In this document: positions 17,097 through 24,000 of the stretch, piece after piece
Layout of the letters: each line of letters opens with the position of its first letter
How positions within the stretch are numbered: position 1 is the stretch's first letter
Source of the DNA: Kineosphaera limosa NBRC 100340
Lineage (GTDB): Bacteria > Actinomycetota > Actinomycetes > Actinomycetales > Dermatophilaceae
DNA length: 24,000 nt
NCBI RefSeq assembly: GCF_000298215.1
Contig: NZ_BAHD01000016.1
Location: 45,484-69,483, forward strand
Direction of reading: 5' to 3'
The notes under the pieces: model-generated
Told to the model about the DNA's origin: nothing
What the model saw: only the letters and a program-made list of their open reading frames with translations
Databases searched by the model: none
Position numbers and translations under genes: made by a program

Positions 17097-17962
17097 GCCA
17101 GCTGCCCGAACGTGCCGGCGTTGAAGTCCTCGATGGCCTGGACGATCTCGGCTTGGGTGTTCATCGCGAACGGGCCATAGAAGATGACCGGCTCACCGAT
17201 CGGCTCGCCGCCGAGCACGATGACGCGGGCCCCGGCCTCCGGGGCCGTCAGGCGCAGCACGTCGCCGGAGCGCTCGAACAGACCCAGCCGCTCGCGCCCG
17301 ATGGTGCCGCCGTCGGTGCTGACCTGCCCGTCGAGCACGAAGACCATGATCGTGTGCCCGTCGGGCACGGCCAGCTCGGCGGTCTCGTCGACTCCGAGAT
17401 GCACGTCCCACAGCTCGATCGGGGTGTGCGTGCGGGCCGGGCCGCGTTCGCCGTCGAGCTCACCGGCATAGAGGATCACGGTGCCACCGCCGGGCAGCTT
17501 AACGGTGCCCATCGACTCGGCCGTGAGCGCCTGGTAGCCGGGCTCGCTCATCTTGTCCTTGCCGGGCAGATTGACCCACAGCTGCAGCATGTGGAAGCGG
17601 CCGCCCTTGGCCGCCCACTCCTGCTCGTGGAACTCCTTGTGCAGGATGCCCCGCGCGGCCGTCATCCACTGCGCGTCGCCGGGGTAGATGACGCCGCCGC
17701 CACCGGTCGAGTCGTGATGGGCCACGGCCCCTTCGAACGCGAGGGTGACCGTCTCGAACCCCCGGTGCGGGTGCGGCCCGACGCCGCGCTGCCGCGTCGT
17801 CGGCGGATACTCGCGCACCGGGTTGTAGTCCATCAGCAGGAACGGGTCCGCAGCCTGCTGCAACTGCGGCGTGCCGGGCAGCAACTGCGTGACGTAGAAG
17901 CCGTCACCCACCCAATGGAATCCGTCGCCGGCGTGGACCGAGGCGAGCGTGCGTTCGGTCAT
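17093..17962 (-). CDS. Pirin family protein
   Basis: DPFLLMDYNPVREYPPTTRQRGVGPHPHRGFETVTLAFEGAVAHHDSTGGGGVIYPGDAQWMTAARGILHKEFHE...LQLWVNLP: HPHRGFETVT, G.V..GDVQWMTAxxGIxHxE-type pirin motifs. 4-bp ATGA overlap with FMN reductase gene. Confidence 0.95.
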   Translation of the reverse strand: MTERTLASVHAGDGFHWVGDGFYVTQLLPGTPQLQQAADPFLLMDYNPVREYPPTTRQRGVGPHPHRGFETVTLAFEGAVAHHDSTGGGGVIYPGDAQWMTAARGILHKEFHEQEWAAKGGRFHMLQLWVNLPGKDKMSEPGYQALTAESMGTVKLPGGGTVILYAGELDGERGPARTHTPIELWDVHLGVDETAELAVPDGHTIMVFVLDGQVSTDGGTIGRERLGLFERSGDVLRLTAPEAGARVIVLGGEPIGEPVIFYGPFAMNTQAEIVQAIEDFNAGTFGQLA

Positions 17963-18069
17963 CGATGCGTCCTCTCCGAGTGCGTGGCCCTCTCGACTCG
18001 TCCTATCACGGCGTCACGGTCGCGCGGCCGGCTAGCTCGCGGCTCCAGGAAGTGGCCGGTCAGCCAATC

Positions 18070-18083
18070 CGGAAGGCGTTCCG
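18070..18083. promoter_or_regulatory. Candidate operator, perfect 5-4-5 palindrome CGGAA-ggcg-TTCCG upstream of the MFS-dehydrogenase operon
   Basis: Direct reading; short, in the divergent pirin/MFS intergenic region. Confidence 0.35.
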
Positions 18084-18114
18084 CGACGATTCTTCTGGCC
18101 GACCTATTGAACTC

Positions 18115-18132
18115 TGTTCGCCCTATCGGACA
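18115..18132. promoter_or_regulatory. Candidate IclR-type operator TGTTCG-ccctat-CGGACA upstream of the MFS-dehydrogenase operon
   Basis: Imperfect palindrome (5 of 6 complementary) 56 bp upstream of the GTG start at 18188; an IclR regulator gene is nearby. Confidence 0.4.
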
Positions 18133-18187
18133 CACTGGGACTCATGAGGCGCACAGTGGGGTGCGCCCGAGCCCCCGAGGAGACGCC

Positions 18188-19528
18188 GTGAGCGCCCCGA
18201 CCCGAACGACAACCGAGCACCAGGTAGACCCCGTCCAGTTGCGCCGTGCCACCCTGGCCGGCTCGGTGGGATCGGCACTGGAGTACTACGACTTCTACAT
18301 TTACGGTCTGGCCAGCGCGCTGATCTTCGGCAAGCTGTTCTTCGAGCCGCTCGGTCCGGCGGGCGGCACCATCGCCGCTTTCGGCACCTACGCCGTCGGC
18401 TTCGCCGCCCGCCCCATCGGCGGCATCTTCTTCGGTGCCCTCGGCGACCGGGTCGGCCGCAAGTTCGTGCTCATCGCGACGATCGCGCTCATGGGCGGAG
18501 CCAGCATGCTCATCGGCCTGCTCCCCACCTACGCCACGGCGGGCATCATCGCCCCCATCCTCCTGGTGCTCCTGCGCATTCTCCAGGGCCTCGGGGCCGG
18601 CGCCGAACAAGCCGGCGCGACCGTCCTCATCAGCGAATTCGCGCCCCCGCGCCGCCGCGGCTTCTTCGCCGCGCTGCCCTTCGTCGGCATCCAGGTCGGC
18701 ACCCTGCTCGGCGCCGGCACGTTCGCTCTCCTGCAGGTCGCGCACCCCGACCTGACCCAGACGTGGTGGTGGCGCGTGCCCTTCCTGCTCGGCTTCGTCT
18801 TGATCATCGTGGCGGTGCTCATCCGGCTCAAGCTCAAGGAGTCGCCGACCTTCCAGGAGTTCGCGGAGCACCAAGCCGAGACCCACAAGCAGTCCGTGGG
18901 TCAGGCCATCGCCTCGTCGAAGAAGAACATCCTCATCGGCATCGGCCTGCGCATGGCCGAGAACGGCAACTCCTCGATCTACTCGGCCCTGCTGCTCGCG
19001 TTCGTCGGATCCCTGGAGGTCTTCGCGGGCCACCGGGCCACGATCGGCACACAGGGCGCCGTCGTCGCCGCCTTCGTGTCGATCTTCACGGTCGTCCTCT
19101 TCGGGCACCTGTCCGACCGGTACGGACGGGTGGCGATCTACCGCTACGGCGCGCTGTTCCAGGCGATCATCGCCTTCCCCGCCTTCTATCTGCTGACCCT
19201 CGGCCAGTTGTGGCTCGTGCTGCTCGTCATGGCGATCGGCATCGGCATCGGCGTCCAGGCGATGCTCGGCCCACAGTGCGCGCTGCTGCCCGAACTCTTC
19301 GGCAACACCCACCGCTACACCGGGGTCGCCACCGCTCGGGAGTTCTCCGCCGTCATCGCCGGCGGCATCGCCCCGCTGCTCGGCGCCGTCTTCCTCGTCG
19401 CCTCCGGCAACGCCTGGTGGGTCATCGGTCTCTACTCTTTCGTGCTGAGCCTCATCACCTTTGCCACCACCTTCGTCACGCCCGAGACCGCGGGGCGTGA
19501 CCTCAACCTCATCGAGGACGCCTCATGA
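18188..19528 (+). CDS. MFS transporter, metabolite:H+ symporter (MHS)-like
   Basis: GTG start: VSAPTRTTTEHQVDPVQLRRATLAGSVGSALEYYDFYIYGLASALIFGKLFFEPLGPAGGTIAAFGTYAVGFAARPIGGIFFGALGDRVGRKFVL; GDRVGRK/LSDRYGR loops, about 12 TM segments. Confidence 0.92.
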   Translation: MSAPTRTTTEHQVDPVQLRRATLAGSVGSALEYYDFYIYGLASALIFGKLFFEPLGPAGGTIAAFGTYAVGFAARPIGGIFFGALGDRVGRKFVLIATIALMGGASMLIGLLPTYATAGIIAPILLVLLRILQGLGAGAEQAGATVLISEFAPPRRRGFFAALPFVGIQVGTLLGAGTFALLQVAHPDLTQTWWWRVPFLLGFVLIIVAVLIRLKLKESPTFQEFAEHQAETHKQSVGQAIASSKKNILIGIGLRMAENGNSSIYSALLLAFVGSLEVFAGHRATIGTQGAVVAAFVSIFTVVLFGHLSDRYGRVAIYRYGALFQAIIAFPAFYLLTLGQLWLVLLVMAIGIGIGVQAMLGPQCALLPELFGNTHRYTGVATAREFSAVIAGGIAPLLGAVFLVASGNAWWVIGLYSFVLSLITFATTFVTPETAGRDLNLIEDAS

Positions 19529-20624
19529 CGACCCAGCCCAACCGCACCGAAGCCGGACACGCCTCGGCAACCACGTCCCCGTCCGCCGCGACCCGGGTGC
19601 GCGTCGTGATTGCCACCCCGCTGCGCCCTGAACTCGTGCAGCGCATCGTCGCCGTCGACCCGCGCGTCGAGGTCGTCGTCGACCACGACCTGCTGCCACC
19701 GATGCGCTGCCCCGCCGATCACGCGGGCGACCCGAGCTTTCGCCGCACGCCGGAGCAGCAGCAGCGCTTCGAGAAGATGCTCGCCGCCGCCGACGTCATC
19801 TACGGGATCCCTGGCGTGGACCCGGCTCAGATTGCCCCGACCGTGCGCGCCAACCCGGGCCTGAAGTGGCTCACGACGATGGCTGCCGGCGGTGGGGCCG
19901 CGGTCGCCGCCGCCGGGCTCACCCCCGAGGAGTTGGAGCGGGTCACCTTCACGACGTCGGCCGGCGTGCACGGCGTGCCGCTCGCTGAATGGGCTTTGTT
20001 CGGCATCATGGCCGGCGCGAAGGAGCTCCCGCGACTGCTCGCCGACCAGGCGGCCCACCACTGGCCCGAGCGGGTCGTCTCCCGCCCGATCGAGGGCAGC
20101 ACCGTGCTCGTCCTCGGCCTCGGCGGCATCGGTGAGCAGGTCGCGCGCCTGTCCCGCGCCCTGGGGTGCTCGGCGCGAGCCGCTCGGCGACCCCGGTCGA
20201 GGGCGTGCAGGTGCACACGGTCGCCGACCTGCCCGACATCATCGGGGAGGCCGACCACATCGTCGTCACCCTGCCCGGCACCGCACAGACCGAAGGCCTG
20301 CTCGGCGACGAACTGCTCGCCCGCGTCAAGCCCGGAGTCACCGTCGTCAACGTCGGACGCGGCACGGTCATCGACGAGCCGGCCCTGATCGCGGCGCTGC
20401 AGGACGGACGGGTCGGGTTCGCGGCCCTCGACGTCACCGCCGTCGAACCGCTCCCGGCCGACTCCCCCCTGTGGGACCTACCCCACGTGCTCATCAGCCC
20501 GCACACCGCCGCGCTCGACGTGCGCGAGGAGGAGCGGATCTGCGACCAGTTCTGCGACAACCTGCGCGCCTTCCTCGCCGGTCGGCCGCTCGCCAACGTC
20601 GTCGACCCGGCCGCCGGCTACTGA
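19525..20624 (+). pseudogene. D-2-hydroxyacid dehydrogenase, NAD-binding, split by a frameshift near 20163-20168
   Basis: First frame 19525..~20163 ends ...EGSTVLVLGLGGIGEQVARLSRALG, then turns to nonsense. The next frame resumes exactly at VLGASRSATPVEGVQVHTVADLPDIIGEADHIVVTLPGTAQTEGLLGDELLARVKPGVTVVNVGRGTVIDEPALIAALQDGRVGFAALDVTAVEPLPADSPLWDLPHVLISPHTAA..., ending at 20624. Confidence 0.88.
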
Positions 20625-20667
20625 CCTCGATCCACCCATCACACGCTGTCGTGTGGAAAGGAATCTC

Positions 20668-21438
20668 GTGAACCACCCCCTGTTCGACATCACCGGGCGC
20701 GTCGCGCTCGTGACGGGCTCCTCCAAAGGGATCGGCCGCGCCCATGCCCAGGGCCTGCTCGAGGCCGGCGCGGTCGTCGTCCTCAACGCCCGCGGGCAGG
20801 AGGCGCTCGAGCGCACCCGCGACGAGCTCGCCGAGCTGACCGGCGGCACCGTGCACGCCGTCGCCTTCGACGTCACCGACGGCGCGGCCGCGGCCGCCGG
20901 GCTCGAGCGCGTCGCCGAGCTCGCCGGGCCCGTCGACATCCTCGTCAACAACGCCGGGATGCAGCACCGCGCGCCGATCACCGAGTTCACCGACGAGGCG
21001 TGGCAGGCGCTCCTGCAGACGAACATCACGAGCGCCTTCGTCATGTCCCGCGCCGTCGCACCGGGGATGATCGAGCGGGGCCGCGGCAAGATCGTCAACA
21101 TCTGCTCGGTCCAGACCGAGCTCGCCCGCCCCGGCATCGCCGCCTACTCGGCCACGAAGGGCGCGCTGAAGATGCTGACCCGCGGCCTGTGCGCCGACCT
21201 CGCCGTCCACGGCATCCAGGTCAACGGGCTGGCGCCGGGCTACTTCGCCACCGAGCTGACCTCGGCCCTCGTGGCCGACAAGGACTTCACCGCCTGGGTC
21301 GAGAAGCGGACCCCCGCCGGGCGCTGGGGCGACGTCAAGGACCTCGTCGGCACCCTGGTCTATCTCTCCAGCCCCGCGTCGAACTTCGTCAACGGGCAGG
21401 TCGTCTTCGTCGACGGCGGAATGACGAGCGTGCTCTGA
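20668..21438 (+). CDS. SDR family oxidoreductase, gluconate 5-dehydrogenase (IdnO)-like
   Basis: GTG start with GAAAGGA SD: VNHPLFDITGRVALVTGSSKGIGRAHAQGLLEAGAVVVLNARG...DILVNNAGMQHRAPITEF...ICSVQTELARPGIAAYSATKGALKMLTRGLCADLAVHGIQVNGLAPGYFATE. Confidence 0.9.
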   Translation: MNHPLFDITGRVALVTGSSKGIGRAHAQGLLEAGAVVVLNARGQEALERTRDELAELTGGTVHAVAFDVTDGAAAAAGLERVAELAGPVDILVNNAGMQHRAPITEFTDEAWQALLQTNITSAFVMSRAVAPGMIERGRGKIVNICSVQTELARPGIAAYSATKGALKMLTRGLCADLAVHGIQVNGLAPGYFATELTSALVADKDFTAWVEKRTPAGRWGDVKDLVGTLVYLSSPASNFVNGQVVFVDGGMTSVL

Positions 21439-22520
21439 TGTCACACTCTTCTGTGCTCTCTTCTGCGCCCACGTCCTCCGGGATGCTGGCGTGCGTCGTT
21501 CACGGGGCGCACGACCTGCGGATCGACACCATCCCCGCCCCCGAGCCCGGGCCCGGCCTCGTCGCCATCGACGTCGCCTACGGCGGGGTGTGCGGCTCCG
21601 ACATGCACTACGTCAACCATGGCGGCATCGGCGACTTCCCGCTGCAGGAGCCCATGGTCCTCGGGCACGAGGTCTCCGGCACGGTCGCGGCGCTCGGCGA
21701 CGGGGCGCAGGCGCCGGCCGTCGGCACGCCGGTCACCGTGTACCCGGCGAGCCCGTGCGGTGTCTGCCCCGAGTGCCTCGACGGGCGGGCCAATGTCTGC
21801 CGCGACACCCGCTACCTCGGCAGCTCGATGCGCTTCCCGCACACGCAGGGCGGCTTCGCGCAGCGGATCGTCGTGCGGCCCGACCAGGTCGTGGCCCTCC
21901 CCGACGGACTCGACCTGCGCCGCGGGGCGCTCGCCGAGCCGCTCTCGGTCGCGCTGCACGCCGTGCGGCGGGCCGGGGACGTGCGCGGCAAGCGGGTGCT
22001 CGTCACCGGCGCGGGGCCGATCGGGGCGCTCGTCGTCGCCGTCCTGGCCCATGAGGGTGCCGCGCAGATCGTCGTGAGCGACCTCGTCGACGGCGCGCTG
22101 GCGATCAGCCGGGCCGTCGGTGCGACCGCGACCGTGCGGGCCGACGACCCGGCCGACCCGAACTGGCCCGACGAGGTCGACATCGCGATCGACGCCTCCG
22201 GCTCGCCGCACGGCGTCGCCGCCGGTGCGGCCAGGCTCGTGCGTGGCGGTCGGCTCGTGCTGCTCGGCATCCTCCCGCCGGGGCAGACGCCGTTCCCCGG
22301 GAATCTCGTCGTCACCCGCGAGCTCGAGGTCGTCGGCGCGTTCCGCTTCCACGACGAGATCCACGACGCCGTGCGGCTGCTCGCCGACGGGCTCGACGTC
22401 GACGCCGTCATCACCGGTGTCGTGCCGCTGCACGAGGCGAGCCGCGCCTTCGAGATGGCCGCCGACCGCGCGAGCAGCAGCAAGGTGCTCCTCGATCTGC
22501 GCGCCGGGAGCTCGTCGTGA
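21438..22520 (+). CDS. Zinc-type alcohol dehydrogenase-like, L-idonate 5-dehydrogenase (IdnD)-like
   Basis: ATG overlaps SDR stop (TGATG). MLACVVHGAHDLRIDTIPAPEPGPGLVAIDVAYGGVCGSDMHYVNHGGIGDFPLQEPMVLGHEVSGTV...CGVCPECLDGRANVC...DTRYLGSSMRFPHTQGGFAQ...VTGAGPIGALVV. Four-Cys structural zinc lobe. Confidence 0.9.
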   Translation: MSHSSVLSSAPTSSGMLACVVHGAHDLRIDTIPAPEPGPGLVAIDVAYGGVCGSDMHYVNHGGIGDFPLQEPMVLGHEVSGTVAALGDGAQAPAVGTPVTVYPASPCGVCPECLDGRANVCRDTRYLGSSMRFPHTQGGFAQRIVVRPDQVVALPDGLDLRRGALAEPLSVALHAVRRAGDVRGKRVLVTGAGPIGALVVAVLAHEGAAQIVVSDLVDGALAISRAVGATATVRADDPADPNWPDEVDIAIDASGSPHGVAAGAARLVRGGRLVLLGILPPGQTPFPGNLVVTRELEVVGAFRFHDEIHDAVRLLADGLDVDAVITGVVPLHEASRAFEMAADRASSSKVLLDLRAGSSS

Positions 22521-23416
22521 GCGAGGCCGTCGGCGTCATCGGGCTCGGGCTCATGGGCCAGCCCGTGGCGGCGAATCTCGCTGCGGCCGGCCACGACGTC
22601 CGCGCCTGGAACCGCCGCGACGTCGGGTTGACCGACGCCGAGGCCCACCCTGTCGGCGGCGGCTCGATCCGCGTCGTCGACGACCTCGCCGACCTGGGCC
22701 GTGACTGCCCCGTCGTCCTCAGCCTGCTCCCCGACCTGCCGCCGCTCGAGGCGCTCCTGCCCGAGCTGCTCGGCGAGGGCAGCCGCGTGCGCACCCTTGT
22801 CGTCATGAGCACCGTGTCGCCGGTGCGGGTCGCCGAGATCGCGCGCGAACTCGCCGCCCGGGGCGTCACCGTCGTCGACGCCCCGATGAGCGGCGGGGTC
22901 GCTGGGGCGCAGGCGGGGACGCTGTCGATCATGATCGGCGGCCCCACCGGCGCCGTCACCGACCTCGACCCGTTGTTCCACTGCGTCGGTACAACGGTTG
23001 TCCGCCTCGGCGACGTCGGCGCCGGCTCGCTCGCCAAGGCGTGCAACCAGATGGTCGTGGCCGGCACCCTCACCGCGCTGGCCGAGGCGATGGTGCTCGC
23101 CGAGCGCAGTGGTCTCGACCGCGCCGCGGTCCTCGACATCCTCGGCGGCGGCCTGGCGGCCTCCGAAGTCCTCCGGCAGAAGGCCGACGCGTTGGCCACC
23201 GACGACTTCACCCCGTCGGGCCCCACCCGTTACCTGCTCAAGGACCTGACCTTCGCCCGCGACGCCGCCGCCGCGAGCGGAACCTCCCTGCCTCAGCTCG
23301 AGGTCCTCCGCGACCTCTTCGACACCCTCGTGACCGACGGCGAGGGTGACGCCGATAGCGCAGTGGTCCTCGACACCCTGCGCCGCATCAGCAGGCCGCC
23401 GGCACAGCACTCGTAG
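22517..23416 (+). CDS. NAD(P)-dependent oxidoreductase, 3-hydroxyisobutyrate dehydrogenase / tartronate semialdehyde reductase superfamily
   Basis: GTG start in GTGA overlap. VGVIGLGLMGQPVAANLAAAGHDVRAWNR...VVDAPMSGGVAGAQAGTLSIMIGG...GDVGAGSLAKACNQMVVAGTLTALAEAM: GxGxMG, DAPxSGG, GxG..K..NQ motifs. Confidence 0.9.
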   Translation: MSEAVGVIGLGLMGQPVAANLAAAGHDVRAWNRRDVGLTDAEAHPVGGGSIRVVDDLADLGRDCPVVLSLLPDLPPLEALLPELLGEGSRVRTLVVMSTVSPVRVAEIARELAARGVTVVDAPMSGGVAGAQAGTLSIMIGGPTGAVTDLDPLFHCVGTTVVRLGDVGAGSLAKACNQMVVAGTLTALAEAMVLAERSGLDRAAVLDILGGGLAASEVLRQKADALATDDFTPSGPTRYLLKDLTFARDAAAASGTSLPQLEVLRDLFDTLVTDGEGDADSAVVLDTLRRISRPPAQHS

Positions 23417-23519
23417 CGACTTCTCGACGCACTCGCGAACGAGCCTGATCACGAAGCCGCAGGTCAGCGACCTGGCCTAGTTGCCGAAGGTGCCCCGAGT
23501 GCGTCGAAAGGTCGCTACG
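23412..23519. repeat. Near-perfect long inverted repeat: 24-nt arms, 60-nt spacer containing a second smaller hairpin
   Basis: Left CGTAGCGACTTCTCGACGCACTCG (23412-23435) vs right CGAGTGCGTCGAAAGGTCGCTACG (23496-23519): 22 of 24 complementary. Inner CAGGTC-AGC-GACCTG at 23460-23474. Confidence 0.9.
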
Positions 23520-23556
23520 TCAACCGACACTGCGACGCCCAGGCCTCGACGTCCGC

Positions 23557-24000
23557 CTACTTGCCCTTCTCGGCGAGGAAGTGCTGGCGGGCAATGACGC
23601 CGGTGTCGGGGTTGTCGGTGAAGAGCCCGTCGATGCCGGTGCGCAGGTAGGTGACCATCTCGTCGATGGCGCGGCCGTACTGGGTGGCGTCGTCGCTGGT
23701 CTGGAAGTCCTTGGCCATGAAGGAGTTCTCGTTGCGGAAGGTCCACGGCACCACCTTCAGGCCGGCCGCGTGGGCGTCGGCGACGAGGCTCGTCGGCGCA
23801 TCCAGCGTGCCGTCGGCCTTCTTGGGGATGACGAAGAACTTCTCCGGGCCGATGCCGTCGGCGAAGGTGGCGATCTCCTTCAGGCCCGCGGGTTTCATCC
23901 AGTCGGAGTACTTGCGCGCGTCGCCCTTGCTCAGCAGGTCGTACGGCCCGTCCCACTGCCCGTCGCCGGTCCACGCCAGGAACGTCGAGTTCGCCCGGTA
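23557..24000 (-). CDS. Glycerophosphodiester phosphodiesterase (C-terminal part; N-terminus beyond window)
   Basis: ...GLKEIATFADGIGPEKFFVIPKKADGTLDAPTSLVADAHAAGLKVVPWTFRNENSFMAKDFQTSDDATQYGRAIDEMVTYLRTGIDGLFTDNPDTGVIARQHFLAEKGK: AHAAGLxVxPWTFRNE and GIDGLFTDNPD are typical GDPD motifs. Confidence 0.9.
   Translation of the reverse strand, partial: YRANSTFLAWTGDGQWDGPYDLLSKGDARKYSDWMKPAGLKEIATFADGIGPEKFFVIPKKADGTLDAPTSLVADAHAAGLKVVPWTFRNENSFMAKDFQTSDDATQYGRAIDEMVTYLRTGIDGLFTDNPDTGVIARQHFLAEKGK

Noticed and set aside
17153-18187. N-terminal 345 aa of the 791-aa ORF ending at 19528, as an extension of the MFS protein
   Set aside because: It is antisense to the pirin gene and crosses the intergenic region; the MFS protein homology begins after GTG 18188.
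18104-19312. Minus-strand ORF of 402 aa opposite the MFS gene
   Set aside because: Antisense composition artefact; E/D/G/H-rich with no recognisable domain.
21000-21437. 5' extension of the IdnD-like ORF (21000..22520)
   Set aside because: Out-of-frame reading of the SDR gene; the true start ATG 21438 overlaps the SDR stop.

Overview
High-GC actinobacterial chromosomal segment, densely coded, with no CRISPR array, rRNA or recognisable intact mobile element. Left part (1-5330): a YhgE/Pip-type membrane protein (running off the left edge), coupled to a large gene that fuses an MMPL/RND-type exporter in frame to a C-terminal ABC-ATPase-like domain. A TetR regulator is divergent, and a half-site array lies between them. 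Middle (5327-15653): RNB-domain ribonuclease, YaaA-like protein, a three-gene GTGA-coupled set (Nif3, C4 zinc-ribbon, RNase H/phosphatase), tRNA-Val(UAC), AhpE/Bcp peroxiredoxin, DUF3052-type protein, fdhD and aceE. Right part (15702-23416): IclR regulator, NAD(P)H-FMN reductase, pirin, then a tightly coupled sugar-acid-type cassette (MHS-type MFS transporter, D-2-hydroxyacid dehydrogenase with a frameshift, IdnO-like SDR, IdnD-like MDR, HIBADH-family reductase). It ends in a strong 24-nt inverted repeat before a convergent glycerophosphodiester phosphodiesterase. Best leads: the MMPL-NBD fusion with YhgE partner and its operator array; the all-dehydrogenase cassette with a frameshifted member; the 108-bp inverted-repeat element at 23412-23519; and recurrent in-frame 9/12-bp minisatellites in four unrelated genes.
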